A stretch of 63,986 bases of DNA, filler included, from Bigelowiella natans CCMP2755 (GCA_000320545.1; 6 parts of 6 records of this genome joined end to end with filler, not necessarily neighbours in it), one strand, 5' to 3'. Positions 14,388 through 28,722 are shown, counted from the whole stretch's first letter. Notes: a model not told the origin generated them from the sequence alone. A program made the numbers and translations.

Positions 14388-14410
14388 TTAGCCCCCTTCC
14401 TAAGCTGTTT

Positions 14411-14485
<75 letters not shown>

Positions 14486-15135
14486 CCTGTGTTTTCAGGA
14501 GCTCAATAGCCATTAAGAACAAAACTTCATCACCGTAGCAGAATATGTAGTCCCATAGCTGCGTGTAAGGGTAAAGAAGGGATGTGAAGATTATCATAAC
14601 GTTTCTTTCTCTTCTTCTAGCACCTCTATAGCATCTTGGACAAGTAGAGGGTCCTTCATGAAGAGGCACAGAAACCTGAGCAGTATGATAAGAAATGGAC
14701 ACCACACACATACACACCACATGCTACTTGAGTATATCGATGGATGCTTACAAACCATACGTGTGTATTATCTATACAACCAACTTTTTCGAGGGGGAAA
14801 ATAATGGAGGGGGTGAACTTTCCTGCCAAATTCACTCCGAATATAGGAAAGAAGTTTTCTTCAGTACTCGCCCCATTGGTTTTACCGTCAATATAATCGT
14901 TATAATCATCATTATCATCATCATCATCATCATCATCATCTGCTTTGCTGCATTCGCACAAACCAGGATGTTGTGAAATGAAAAACAGAAACGCCAAGCG
15001 ACTCCATGTGCTTAGAGAGCCGAGGAAGGCGGAAGGAGACGACACGTTGGAGAACGCTCTAGCAACACACGAAAAAAGAGATATTTGTGTGCAAATGTAA
15101 AGACACACACGCACACACACACACACACACACACA

Positions 15136-15176
<41 letters not shown>

Positions 15177-15536
15177 GCGAAGATTGACGACTGAAAAGCC
15201 TGGGGAAACTCGCAAAGAGATGTCGTTTTGTTGCCACAATGAAGGTGAATGTACTTTGCTCTAAAATGTTTTCTTCTCAGTTGTTCGTTTTCCCTCCTCC
15301 TTTCTTCTTTCTCTTCTTCCTCCTCTTCTTCTTGTTATTGTTCTCCTCATATACCTGGTCAACTTTCAGGCTGATCATGCTTGGTGCATAATACCCCAGC
15401 CGGGCCTCTACCAGCACACAAAGAGCCCAAAAGGCGTCCTCCTAATGACGATAAGAGATGAAACTCATAGAATGACGCACATCTGCTTGTATTCAAATCG
15501 ATGTACTTACTTCTATACGACTGCATAGGTAGTGAT

Positions 15537-15578
<42 letters not shown>

Positions 15579-15603
15579 TTCTCCCTCCCACGCACACAAG
15601 CAC

Positions 15604-15661
<58 letters not shown>

Positions 15662-16408
15662 GCAGACAAACTTATTTCAACTTTGAAGAACCGATCTATC
15701 CCTGCGATTCTCTAAGTGCTGCACAACACTGATCAATTACGCGTTTATATCAATCACCTCTTCCAGCACTTGTAAGAGGCCAGCACAGATGATATTCGTG
15801 CCTTGACAGTAGCCAACAACATCGGGACTTCGCAGAGCATACGCATGAAGGATGTTGCTCAGCTTAGAGAGGCCCTGCACAACACAGGCACTGTCTCGGT
15901 ACCAAAACTTGCGGAAGAATATAGACGCCTTTCGACTGTTACCTCCTTCGTCTGGAATATTGGCAGATCTGGCATGGTTCGCCTCAAGTCCCTCTCTATC
16001 TCCGAGTTAGAACCACTTTCCCTGTAAACACAGTCATTTTAATGATCGCTAGAGGCCAGGGGAGAATGATAGGAGACGTGTCAATCGAAGCTATCATCTG
16101 GGGGGGGGGGGGGGAAGCGGTACGACGCCTTTCCCGACTAAAAGCATAGAAATTCGGAAACAACTGATCAGGTTCGGGAAGTGGTGTATGCGCGTTTGTG
16201 TTTATGCACGTGTATATGCATGTGCATGTGTGCTCGCGTGTTTATGTCATTGTTGAACTGTGAAAGGGCCACGAGGGCGTTGTAGTAGCCGAAGGGATAA
16301 TGCGCCTTGAAAGCATCAATGCGGAGAAACTTCATCCAGATTTCGCCACGCATACCAGCTCGTATGCCAGACAGCATCAATCTTACAAGATCTGCAGCCG
16401 AATAAACG

Positions 16409-16453
<45 letters not shown>

Positions 16454-17533
16454 TCACGAGACATAAAAGCATTGCAGAAGCACACCAATGAGAAGTGTTA
16501 CTGAAGAAGGCATCAGGACCTTCGCTCGAGCGCCAGTTTGTGAATGAGAACAACTCGCGCCATTTTCCCTCTGCCTCCTCCGCGGTGTCGTCGTCATCGT
16601 CGGCATCATTATTCTGGTGGTTGTTGTTGCTGACATTGCTGCTGCTGCTGCTGCTGCTGCTGATGCTGCTCTCCTGGTGCAGCGTGGACAAATACGTCGA
16701 TGTCGATGAGACAGAAGAGCGACGAGTAGGAGAAAGCTTGGATTCCTCAATATTCATCACTCGTCCTTTGAGAATCGCTTTACGCAAAGGTGGATCGATA
16801 TCAAGGTCACCGTCTTCGACTGGGTTGATGCTTTCTCCGTCCACTTCGTTTCCCCGCCGATTATTGATAGTTCCCTGGCCTATATGATCTCCTCCTCTGC
16901 CCCTCCGTTTTCCCTCATCGTCTTCTTTTCTGCGTCGTGCGTTTCTTTGTGAGGACTCGATGCTCCACTCCGAAGCCAGGGTGCTGTCAGTAGTAACGGT
17001 GCAAATAGACCCTCGTGCCCCCTGTTGCGGGCTGCTCTGAGCTTCTTCTGGGTGACGATGGGAAACTGACGACGACGGTAAGGATGGAGACGACGAGAAT
17101 CTGAAGTCTTTCCCCGCCTTGACGCCCTCTTTCTGGTTGGTGATATATCTTTCATGCTGGGAACCATCACCAGCCTTCACGTTGCCGTTGTCGTCGTTTT
17201 CGCTACAACCTCCATTGGTGTATTCTGAAGCATGGACGCTAGCCGCCTTTTCCTGGCGAATAGTATGAAAGCCTGATGTTCTCTCTCTGCCTCTTTCTCT
17301 TTCTCCTTTATCTCCCTGTCTCTATCTAGAACTATACGTACTATATTTATATCAACATATTATAGCTTGGTTGTAAAAGTTCCCAGGAAATCGTGTGTAC
17401 TAAACATAGGCTTGCTTTCTTTTCTCAGCGGCACACAAACAGACACACACACAGACACACACAGACACACACAGACACACACACACACAGACAGACAGAC
17501 AGACAGACACGTACAAAGTTGCGAAAGAGAAAG

Positions 17534-17578
<45 letters not shown>

Positions 17579-18110
17579 TTTGTAGAAGATGAATTTCCCA
17601 ACTAATAAGTACCCTCATGAGTGTTTTAATCCCGATTTCTTCTGCAGAATCCGCAACTTCTTCTGGATATTTCTTGCGACATGAAATGACCTGAGAAGTG
17701 AGACATAGAAGGTGGAGGGGGGGGATACAAGGCGAAGGAGGTTGTTGAAGCGACTCAATTTGAGGGAATTAGGGCCACAGAAAGCAGTTCGATTCAAAGT
17801 AAATAGAAGAAACATAAATCTGAGCATCTATTTTCATAGAAGGTTTACCTCTCCTTAAAAATCACAGAACAGTGAATTACTAAACATTGTGCTAACTAAC
17901 TTCCTCATTTTGATGCGACTGAGGGGAGATTTTATGTCGAGGGGCGTATCGTGGCGAAATAGTCCTAAGTTTAAATCAGAAGAAAATCTTTAAGGACACT
18001 AGTCTTGTCCATCTTGCCGGAATTCTCCTTATCAGTAAGCTTCCACATTTCTCGTCAAGACCTGATTCTCGAAGGCCTGTCGAAGTTATGCCGATCTTCC
18101 TCGGATCCAT
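10500..18110 (-). CDS. TBC1D8/TBC1D9-like Rab GTPase-activating protein (possible GRAM + TBC + EF-hand), many exons; both ends approximate
   Basis: Exonic motifs LVRLMLSGIRAGMRGEIWMKFL (~16320-16390), EIERDLRRTMP (~15970-16005), GYCQGTNIICAGLL (~15770-15815), EDAFWALCVLVEARLGYYAPSMISLKVDQ (~15355-15442), LWDYIFCYGDEVLFLMAIELLK (~14495-14560) and EF-hand-like MFDTLDSNNTCNITFKKFLSVV (~12490-12560). The catalytic IxxDxxR and YxQ motifs are intact. Confidence 0.85.
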
Positions 18111-19043
18111 CGTTTCTGATGATAACAAAGCAAAGGACTAAAGTCCGAATCACATAAATAAATTATGCTCTGCATCTCTCCTTTCTCCTCAAAGTAACCC
18201 TCTCCCTGCCCGGAACGCAAACCAGAGCTATTGTGGTTCTAGGAGAGGAGAGCTGCAAGGCAACAACCCACCCCAGAACAAGAATGCCGGATATTTCATC
18301 ACTACGACAACCGAAAATATGGAAATCGACCTAAAAATGCACAGAAAACGCCCTGTGATTGGGGCTCGCTGCCTCAGCTCTCTGGCCGTTTCCCCACTTC
18401 ATGATGAGAGATATTTGCTCGCCGAATAATATTTAATAATACACCCGTTACTGCCGGATAGTAGCACCTGATCGGATTTTCTTTTCTACAGTCGCCGTAC
18501 CCGTACCCCAACTACTCAATCACGGTAGATCTACCGGTATTCGTGGTGGATTGATGCAAAATACAGGCGTATTTTCTCCAAAGACTAGATCAGGATCTGG
18601 AATCTGGATCTGGATCTTCGTTACTGGTGAAACGTATGTAGCCACACGTCGTTTTCGTGTCTGCACCTAGATCTATGAGCCGATCATCCCTCTGAAAGTC
18701 GTCGTCTCAACGAATGAACGTTGACGAAATCGGGCTATGATAAATTGACTTGCCTTTGGTTCCTAATCTACACAAAGCAAGAGAAAGGCAACCCCCCTGC
18801 CGGATCTCCAAACCCTGCCATCGTCGTCAACAACCAAGCGTGATGGGGGGCTGTTGCTCCAGGAATTCGTTGGTCGGATTTTTCTGCTCCACCAGTAAGG
18901 ATTTGATGAACCAATAATCTAACCATGTCAATATGCGAATCTCTGATGCCCTGCTTTGGTATCTCTTCTCTTCTCCAGTTGCTCACCACGTGTCAATGAG
19001 GATCCCCTTCCTCCCTTCTAAATAATTCCCGTTACAACATCCA

Positions 19044-19917
19044 GGCTTGGGGACATTGGACCATCTATTATGGTTCGATCATCGTTACCAATTCAATTTT
19101 TACATGGTGGAAGCACTAACAGCTGAGGGCGCAGAACTGAAGGTAAGAAGCTAGGACATTATACATTCTCCCGAAGGAGCCCTGTTCTTTGCCTCTTATC
19201 AGGCTGAAGTGGGTTCGCATGCCTGAATATTGACGGAGATTTACCTCATCGAATTTTCCTATTTTCAGGCACACGTGATGCGGATGCTCGAGATCCACAT
19301 TGTGGCTTTCGCATTAGTCTTCGGTGCTCTAGCAGGTTTCCTAGTAGATATGGACCCGGCGGAAAACAAGTTTGAGGTTCTTCTCCACTTCCTCACTGCC
19401 ACGGTGTCCATTGTCGCCTTCTGTGGGGCTGGCCTAGCAATGTAGGTGGAGGAGGAAAGCACAAGAAGGAGAGAAGAAAAAATAAAACAACCGAATCATT
19501 GCCTGTAACTATTTGCTGCTAATATACCCCCCATTCAAACTATTAAAAATGCTAATCAATTGTATCTCAATTTTTTTTTAATTCCGTACTTGCAGGTCTG
19601 GATACAACATCCTTGGTAAGTAGGGGTTTCTTTTCAACGGCGAGCGTGCATCGATGACATTAAAAAAAAAAATCGGGGGGTCTTGGGAGGATTCCGCTCG
19701 CCCATGATAATGTTGTGCGTATGTGTGTATGTTTATGTGTGCAGGCGGTGTGTCGGATGAAAACGTTCCATTGTTGCTTCAGTGCAATATCGGATATGTG
19801 ATAATGGTAAGGGTGCTGTTCATATCCTGTCTGTACCTCTTTGCCATCATCCAGGGGATGGTGCTCTACTCAAATGGTAGCAGAAATTTCGGTTCCTTCT
19901 CTAACTCTGTCCATATC

Positions 19918-19963
<46 letters not shown>

Positions 19964-20134
19964 GAGGGAGGGGTTCTTTGAGTACATACAATATACAAAC
20001 GCACACTTCTCGTATTTATGCATTTAGACCATTGAATACGATTTATATATGGATGTACATGTGGGCGAGTGGCAGTTTGTGCATTGGTAGTTTCTTGAGG
20101 CTGCAAAAAGTGATTTTAGAGTGGAGAGTAATTT

Positions 20135-20181
<47 letters not shown>

Positions 20182-20848
20182 GTGTGTGTGTGTGTGTGTG
20201 TGCTTGCTTATGTTAAAGTGCACGAGGCAAACATGGAGAACGCAGGATTTATTGCTGTTGGGTTGTATCTGGCGTTCACCTACATCATCGCCAATGCTAT
20301 GGGTCTGCCTTTATTCTAGTCGTATTAATATCGTTCAAATAACTGAAACTGAGATGTCGGCCTTTGAATTTCGTTCAGGATTTTACATCAACTCGATGTC
20401 TCGTATTGCACTTTATTCTGGATCATTGGGTGGGTCGTCGGCCCCTTGCGCGCTCAAGCGAGAACCTTTATGCATAGAAGATGGTATTAGTGAGATACTA
20501 CGGATGTCCTATGAGAACAAGGACCCTGAGCTTTTGAAAGATCTGTATTTGCGAATAATCAAGGAATCCAAGAAGAATTTTCGGAAGTTGGACCCGACCA
20601 TCTCAAAATTTCTTGGCAGCCAGACAGTAAATGCATCCACTGCCAAAGGCGAGTTAAGCGGTGCCAATTCTTATGAAAGCACCATCGATACCAAGGAGAT
20701 CAATCATTTGAAACCTAAAAGGACTTCCTTCGAAATCATGGCAGCGCGGGGCACAGGCCTTTGTCGAGGTGGAAAAACAACCGGCAAAACTTCTGCCAGC
20801 AAAAAACATGGTCTTGCCTTGAGAACCCCAGCAATCTCGCATCATTAA
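19044..20848 (+). CDS. Multipass membrane protein of unknown function (about 4 TM segments plus a soluble C-terminal tail); true start probably further upstream (~18550-18850)
   Basis: In-phase GT-AG exons: GLGTLDHLLWFDHRYQFNFYMVEALTAEGAELK / AHVMRMLEIHIVAFALVFGALAGFLV...TVSIVAFCGAGLA / SGYNIL / GGVSDENVPLLLQCNIGYVIM / NAGFIAVGLYLAFTYIIANAM / GFYINSMSRIALY...ISHH*. Confidence 0.65.
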
Positions 20849-20999
20849 TATAGCCCGGCTATATTAAGAACACTTCTCGCTGTCACGTGCTCCCTCTCTG
20901 GCATCTCCTAGCTGCTCAGACGGCTTTGGCATGTGGTCCTGGATTTAATTTGGCGCAACTGTTACGTTGTCAAGTATATCAACTTTGAATGGCTTCCGC

Positions 21000-21750
21000 T
21001 ACAAGCCACACCCTCTACTTTCTGCTCAAACAAACGTGGTACGAAGCACAGGTAGCATCGTGCACAGCTCACAATGTGAAGCAGTTGTGAAGGGGTGCAA
21101 TGTTTGACTAGTGATATGGATCTGCACTGCCTTCTAGCCTTCTAGCCTTCGTCACTTCATCACACACATGGCAAACGGCGGTCAACGTTCCTTTGACGTT
21201 AGCTGTCCTTTCAGTGGCTCTTCAATGAGCTAGTGTGAACTGATGTCGGCCGCGAGAATGACATTTGAAATGCTAGTACGATTGAATGATTGAGCAAACC
21301 CCAAACATGCATGCTGCCACAAATGCTCGTCTTGCATGTACGTTCACCGTTTTCTTGACCATGATGATATCTCGCAATTTCTTGCTGCACACGTCGCGGC
21401 GATCACAGAATGCCGCACACCAGCCTACTATTCGCTCCACAGCACGCCTTACTGCCGTCACGTCACGCTGCAACGTTTTCATCGCTCATCATTTATTGGT
21501 TGCGACGCTACGCTTGCTGTCATGTTGTCCTTCACAATTTAGCCACTCATTACTATATTAGTGTCGTAGTGTTCGTATTCTCTAATATGCGTATGAATGC
21601 TACGAGGTGTACGCGTGCGACTAACTAGCTACACATTATGCGCACACAAGTGCATTGCGGTGGTGCTACTTTAGATGCTACTTGTGGACATAAATGAATC
21701 ATGCCGTACGATATACAGTACGTACGTACAAATCTAGAAATATGCATTTA
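21000..21750. mobile_element. Probable decayed repeat remnant
   Basis: Microsatellite-free non-coding block rich in TGCA/CATG/CTAG. It contains acaaatctagaaa (~21728), which recurs at ~44768. Confidence 0.25.
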
Positions 21751-22099
21751 TTCACAGACTACGAACAGAGGCTCTGCAAAAAATAACATCATGGTCGGAA
21801 CAATCTTCATCATCTTAAAGTCATTGTCGTCGTCATCATCATCATGCATCATAATCACGGGCTACTTCGTCGTCTCCTTCTGTCTCGCCTGCCTTGTGGA
21901 GATCTACCCACCACATCATCATCAACACCAAATAAGAACCCTTGTATTTTAAGTGGAAAGATTAGGGTGATGGATGAATCATTCCCTAACAGCATATTCA
22001 AACCCACCGCTGCAATGGATCCTCCCCCCCCCTCCCTCTCTACGTACCGCGACTGATCTCGATGATGGCCATGGTGGGTATTCCGACTGCTATAACTTC

Positions 22100-22279
22100 T
22101 CTTTCCACCACCACCACCACCACGCTGATAGTGCTGCTGCGACGATAGTGGCGACGATCCAACCTCCTCGTAGTAGTCGTAGCTGCCTGATGCGAAGTGA
22201 GAAAGGAGGGGTGAGAGGGGCTCGTTTTAGAGCGAAGAGGGCGACCACACTTCCTAGCGTGCGATGGTTGCACTTTATA

Positions 22280-22318
<39 letters not shown>

Positions 22319-23120
22319 AAGAGAGAGAGATTATATGTATATAAATCGGATTATGTTGTAGATAACTTGATCTCATATATCATCGACATATGCTGCACCC
22401 CAGCAGCACTCCGCACCATCACCATCTTACCTCTCTCTCTTCTTCTTCTTCTGCTGCTGCTGCTGCTGCCACCGTCCCTATAACTACTAATACTACTTCC
22501 TTGATACTGATCTCTAGAATCGTGGTAGTTGTAGTGGTCGTGATTCCTCCCTCCACCTCCACCTCCTCTCGCACCATCCCTCCCTCCATCGTCATAATAC
22601 CCCCCCCCCCTGGGCATTCGTCCCCCCCCCAGACGGGCATCGCCGTTGCCGTTGCTGCTGCTTTGGCTGCGTCGATGGGGTTCATATCTTCGCTCTCTGT
22701 AAAAGGAAAAACAAAGCGTGCAGCACGCTTCTCAGCACCGAATGGAGGGGAGTCATGAGACTACAACTATAAAAATTTCCATGCCACCAAACTAGGGCGG
22801 GAGCGCTATTATTAATACCCCTTCTTGATTACAAATCAAGGGGGGGGGGGGGGGGGGGGGAGGACTAGCCCTTCACGTCATATGCACACATTATTCAGAT
22901 TCTAGACAACACGATGTGTGAGGAGGAAGAGGAGGTTGAAGCAGGGCCTTGTGGAAAGTAACACTTCGATTCTTTCAACCACCACAGTACTAGCTAGTTC
23001 TCACTGAGCATCAATTAAGGCAGCACCTCTCGTCGCTGGCAGCGTCCGCCATCTTTTTCTTCGCAGCAGCCGAAGCGGCCTTGATGTTATGATATTCCAC
23101 CATTGCGTAGTGACCGAGCA
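22100..23120 (-). CDS. Possible low-complexity (RGG/Ser-Arg-rich) 3' exons of a minus-strand gene, perhaps the OTU gene across the linker
   Basis: Exon-like segments NIKAASAAAKKKMADAASDE (~23030-23090) and ERRYEPHRRSQ...RMPRGGGYYDDGGRDGARGG...RRRRRERG (~22430-22697), with plausible AG acceptors and GT donors. Confidence 0.3.
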
Positions 23121-23160
23121 TGTCGTAGTAGGAAACGATCATGTCGTAGCCTGATGACAG

Positions 23161-23195
<35 letters not shown>

Positions 23196-23385
23196 CGAAG
23201 AGAAGAACAGGGATAAGAAGCCAGAAGAAGAAGAAGAAGAAGAAGAGAAGAGGAAGAATAAAATAACAAGCAGCTATACAACAGCTATGGCGCGCGCTGC
23301 TGCTTTTGCGATGGTGGGTGATGCTGTATGCTTAGACGAAGGGGATAATGACGGTGAATCAAGCTGCGATGTAATAATAATAGTA

Positions 23386-23421
<36 letters not shown>

Positions 23422-23891
23422 GCATTTGAGAGGAGAGTGACACCTCCAACTCGCGAGACTCGACGCCGTTTTTCCCTGAGAACAAGAACCACAATAATGC
23501 GACAACAAGCAGACCACCGATGATGGAGGAGGAGGAGGAGGAGGAAAATAGAGTAAGACACAGTGACCCATCATCGCTCTAGTTGTTGATTGTAAATATA
23601 GGTATGTATCTTACAGATTTTCGTCGTTTCGCCATTAATATTATCTTAAGCTCATCATCATCCCTCTCCTCCTCCTCCTCCGCCGCCTCCGCTTTGTCCT
23701 CCGCCGTCTTGTTGTTGTTGGTGGTCGAGGTAGACGTGGTCGAGGCGGGGGAGGAGGAGGTAGTGTTGTTGACGTTGCTGCTGTTATCGGCGGGAGGATG
23801 TGCAGTAGTGGTAGAGAGGGTACTGCCCCCCCCCCCCCCCCTGTACTACCGATAGAGGAGGTAGAAAAAAGTAGTAGTAGTAATAGTTTTA

Positions 23892-23991
23892 NNNNNNNNN
23901 NNNNNNNNNNNNNNNNNNNNNNNNNNNNNNNNNNNTTAATTAATTAANNNNNNNNNNNNNNNNNNNNNNNNNNNNNNNNNNNNNNNNNNNN
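23892..23991. other. Artificial contig linker N44-TTAATTAATTAA-N44
   Basis: Identical 100-nt construct with six-frame stop codons, seen five times in the window. Confidence 0.97.
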
Positions 23992-24032
23992 GGCGTGGGG
24001 CGGGGGGGGCACACATAGACAAAGAGGCAAAG

Positions 24033-24097
<65 letters not shown>

Positions 24098-24244
24098 TGA
24101 AACAAAACATCAGGAATAAGGCGCTTGCACAGTACATAAAATAGTGCAAACCTAATCGTGACTGCTTCCTCCCTTGTGCTGCTCCGCAAATCAATGCGGA
24201 ATGACGTCGTGACCTGACAGCAAGAAGATGCATAAAGCCAAAAT

Positions 24245-24277
<33 letters not shown>

Positions 24278-24454
24278 TTCATTATCATCAGCACATCCCA
24301 GCGACCACCAGCACCTCCACACAAGGGCTGCCTATCAGCGCTCGTAATGGCCCAGAAGTACACCAACAAGAAAGAAAGGAATTCGCACCCCGAAGACTGA
24401 TTCAGCAGAGGCGCAAAACGCGAGCTTGTTCTAGCAAACAAAAAATGCGATGAT

Positions 24455-26069
24455 TCATCTCTTCTTCTTCTTCTTCTTCTTCTTCGTCTTTACCAATTCT
24501 CTAGGCCCCTCTGCATCAATAGTGAAGTGGTAGCGTTTCCATTCGACCATATCGATTGTCTTCTTCTCCCCCCTCCCCTCTCCCTCCTTCCTCTCACCAT
24601 CATCATCATCATCCGATGAAGATGATGATGACGACGACGATGACGATGCAGGGAGGTTGGAAGAAGAGGCAGGGTTTCTCCTTCGCCATGCAGCTTGCTG
24701 TTTCTTCGTTCTCCTTCGGGGAGGAGCAATGCCTTCATCTTCTCTTTCTTCTTTTGATCTTCCTCCTCCTATTGCCTCCCCCCTTGCTTTCGCAACGGGG
24801 CGTGCGGGGCTAGCGGGCCTCGACGGGCGCTCGAGCTCCTCGCTCATCTCATCTGCGACACCGTCATCATCGTCATCGTCGCCGCCGCCGTCGCCGCCGC
24901 CGTCGCCGCCGCCATTGATGCCATCTGCGTTCTGTTCGGTCGATACGGTGACTGTTGCATCTGGTGGGGGGACTTCTATCGTATTTCGCCTCCGGCGCAC
25001 TCCTCCTCGCTTGCGATTGGGACTCACCTCCGGGCTGCCCCCCCCTCCCCTTTCGTCCTCTTCTACGCCGCGGTCTGCAGTTTTTTCGGCGTTGGGGATT
25101 ATTGTGGTGCATAATTCCACGTTATCGAGCTTCGTCTTGTTGCCTATTAGCGGTGGGGAGGCGAAGAGAATGTGTGTGCGTTTCTTCCCCTGGATGCATG
25201 TTCTCTGTGCTTGTGTAAGGAGAAGGGGGGGGGGGGGTGATAGCAAGACAATAGCACCAAGTATATACACCATAGGATTGAACATTCTTACCGTCGTCAT
25301 TTCCAGGTGGCGACGAGGAAGGTTTACTGTCGGCCTGAAGCCAGCCGACAAGCTTATCTATGAGCTGTGGGTCGCCATTCTTCTTTCCTTCCTTCGCCCC
25401 CTTCTTGGCTCCGACCAAAGTCTGATAGTGTCCTGCGGATTCGTGTGGCTCTGCCTGCGTGTACATCATCATGAGCACGCTTGTGGAGGCTGGATCGTTG
25501 GACGTCGGCTGGTGTAGGACGGTACTGAACCGCAGCTCGACGTAATAGCGTTTCTTTTCAATCTGGTCTATCCAGACCTCCCTCCCCTCCCCCCTCCCCT
25601 CCTCATCCGATGGAGGATCCTCATTATCTGCCAGGTACATCCGGTTGTAGACGCCCCTGGCGAGGTAAATCGCGACGGAGAAAATGTCCGCAGCCGCCTT
25701 GATCTCCCACTCCCCGGATTGCCCGAGCCCCTTTTTACGAACGTACTCCTCCGGGGAGGCGGTATCAGTGAAGAGCTTGGGGTCCATATTGCTGATGTAG
25801 CAATTCACGACTTCGCGCAGGGCATCAGCGATGGAGAACGCGCCCACTCTCCTCCGCTTGCTAGCCCTGTGTCGTGCAGCTGGGAGAAGTTGCTGCTCAA
25901 TGGCCTCTTTGTAGCCCCGCTTCATAAGATGCTTTGCAATACCAGTGTAGAAGCAATTGTTCCTGCCCTCATGGTCGTTATCCTCCACCTCAATGCCATC
26001 CTCCTCAAGTTTGGCCTTCATCTCCCGGAGGCTGAGGTCCCGGAGGTCGGGGCGGAGGAGGCCGCTCAT
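24455..26069 (-). CDS. OTU-like cysteine protease (putative deubiquitinase) with a long disordered C-terminal region; 3' end uncertain
   Basis: Cys loop EGRNNCFYTGIAKHL, W-box-like SGEWEIKAAADIFSVAIYL and His loop MMYTQAEPHESAGHYQTLV. A phase-1 intron (~25148-25269) joins to GNKTKLDNVELC... in the 24455..25351 frame. Confidence 0.7.
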
Positions 26070-26321
26070 ACTGCAGATCGAGAGGAGTGATCGTCGAGTT
26101 ATGGCTTTACTTTAGAAAGTAAATCTACGATATTATTCGGTATAATTTATTACAAAAATAAAATTGTTTGAGTAAAAAATTTGAATATTTTTACAGGAAT
26201 GTTATGTGTAGGAAGGAAATTATAGGTTAAATTTGCCTTATCTTTTCCCCGAAATTTAAGTTCCAGATCCGGCCCGTGGAGCGAAAGGTGGCATACCCGC
26301 GCCGCCCCCCCTCTACCAGCC
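26070..26321. promoter_or_regulatory. Short AT-rich divergent (putative bidirectional) promoter region
   Basis: About 250 bp between the ATG at 26069 (-) and the ATG at 26322 (+). The core at 26100-26260 is strongly AT-rich and free of microsatellites. Confidence 0.45.
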
Positions 26322-27207
26322 ATGGCCACGAAGAGGGGGGATCCTTCTGATTCAAATGCTGGTAGTTTCCATGATAGCGAAAAGAAAAAGGATGAAGTGG
26401 CTTCGTCGCCTTCCGAAAGCGGGGAATCAATCGGCCATTGCGAAGATGAAGTACGTACCCACCCGCTTCTTGTCATCGGAAGAAACTCTTCCTCCCCTCC
26501 CGCGTCCATCCCCTGATTATGAAATGTGTACAAATGCACAAATAGACTGGGTTTCCATGGACATCGTCGTTTTTGATCTGCCTCCTCGCAGTATTTCTTG
26601 CCCTCCCCCATCTTGCCCCTGGCCAAGCGGATCTCCTCGAGCGAAGTAAGCCCGGCGGCCCGATACACTCACGCGCACATGCGATACCCGCCATTGAAAA
26701 CATTTATTGTCACATGAGCTGCTACGGTATTTGATAAGCTGCAGATATGAAAAACAGTTATTACACGTACGCGCGCATCCCCCCCCCCCCCCCTGCTTCC
26801 CATAAATTTTTATTTGTTAACTGCAACAAAAGGACTTCCCAGCCCTTTTGAGATCGAAGAGGCCCTGTGGGGGGTCATCGATAATGGCCCCACCCACGTC
26901 TACCATTACCTCTTTCCAGCGCCAGAGCGAAGTAGGTCGTGGACAAAGCCGAAACGGGAACCCACCGAGCACAGCGATCGTAAGAATCGTGGCAAAGCTG
27001 GTAAACAAAAACTTGTGCATATTGTAGCCTCCACAGTATTGGGGAGCGAGCAACAATCGCTCGACAGGCCGTCTTCGTCATCGGACCGTGCAGTTGGAGA
27101 ATATGATTTGAGTCATTCTGAGGAGGAGGGAGAGGGGGGTGAGGCCGCCCTGCTACAGGTTTCTCACCATCTTTTCTTCCCAACCTCATACAAGAATGAA
27201 GTGCATG

Positions 27208-27246
<39 letters not shown>

Positions 27247-28314
27247 CACAGGCGGAAGTGGCAAGCCTTCACTCAAAGACTAAGTGGCTGCAGCAAGAGC
27301 TGGATTTGAGGGAGAGAATGGTACAGGAGCTGCTTCGGGGCAAGAGCGATCTTGAGCGTGTGCTCTTCCAAAGGGGGCAGCAGCTCAAACATTGCCATCA
27401 GCTACTCGAAGAAGGAGTGTCATCAAAACCGCGCTCCCAGCAGGAGAGAGAACAAGAACAACAACAACAACAACAACAACAACAGCGACAACCAAGGAGG
27501 CGGCAGGGCCATGCGAGTGCATCCTTTAAGACTTCAAAAAGAAAACGTGGTCAGGGGCGGGGGCTCAATAGCGATCTTACTGGTGATAGCAGGAGGGGGG
27601 TGGCGGGGGAACAGATCAGGAATATCGAGAAGAAGAAGAAGAAGAAGAAGAAGAAGAAGAAGAAGAAGAAGGAGAAGAAGACACTCCAGTCGCCAGGGGA
27701 GGAAGTAAGGGGGAAGAGGACCTCAGCAGCAGCAATGAGCCCGACAGAAAGGACGGCTACAAAGAAATTGAAAAAGAAGAAGAAGAAGAAGAGGGCGAAG
27801 AAGAAGAGAAGCAGAGAGCAACCGCAAAAGAGGGGGGGGGGGACCGCAGAGCTTGGAAGAGCAGGAGGAGCAGTAGCGCTCAACTTCGTGGTTAAGAAGA
27901 AGGCGGCTAGTATCCGACCGACGAGTACCGCGGCTAGCGATGGCAATGCTGTCAGCACCGACGCTCATTGCAAACTCACAGCTAGGGAAAATGATAAAGG
28001 CGAGGAAGGAGGTCTTTCATCGTCCCCCCCCCCCTCCTCCTCCTCCATGTTCCAATGGTCAGAGACGGACGCGGTGTCGTGGTCGCAGCTACGTTTAGCA
28101 CAGCTCCTTGGCCAGAAGACTCTTGTGGCGGCTGAGGCGGTGGAATCGGCCGGGGGGGGGAGGGGAGGGGTGATTAAAAGCCTTGCTATCTCAGGATATC
28201 CTGATGTCGAGGGAGAAGCAACTGTGGTCGCTCGAAGGGGGAAAGTCTTCGCGGCTTATGATCTCTCTATATCTCTCGCAATTGAGGGAGAGTTGCAGTA
28301 CACCGTCCCTAGTG

Positions 28315-28348
<34 letters not shown>

Positions 28349-28691
28349 CAGTAGTAGTAGTGGCAGTAGTATCAATGCCAAAGATGTGCTTTCTCTCAAG
28401 TTTAACGGCAATATCCGAGTTGCGGATTTCACCGAGGAAGACGACGAAGAACAGGGCGGGGGGGAGGAGAAGGGAGATCTTGAGGCTGCTTGTGCCACCT
28501 CCTCCTCCTCCTCCTCCTCCTCCTCCTCCTTCTCCCCCACCCCCACCTCCCAGCCGCCTCTAGAGTTTCGATTTCCTTTCCCGAGGCCACGTGGAGCACG
28601 ATCGCGAAAGCGACACTCCACGACCAAGAGGGGGGGGTAGTGCAAGGGGAGGGGGCAGCGACGTCGGGCAAGAAGAGGCGGCGAAGGAAAG

Positions 28692-28722
<31 letters not shown>

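Noticed and set aside
20460-20620. RGS domain (7TM-RGS) in the tail of the membrane protein
   Set aside because: The helical resemblance is only vague, core RGS motifs are absent, and too few TM segments were recovered.
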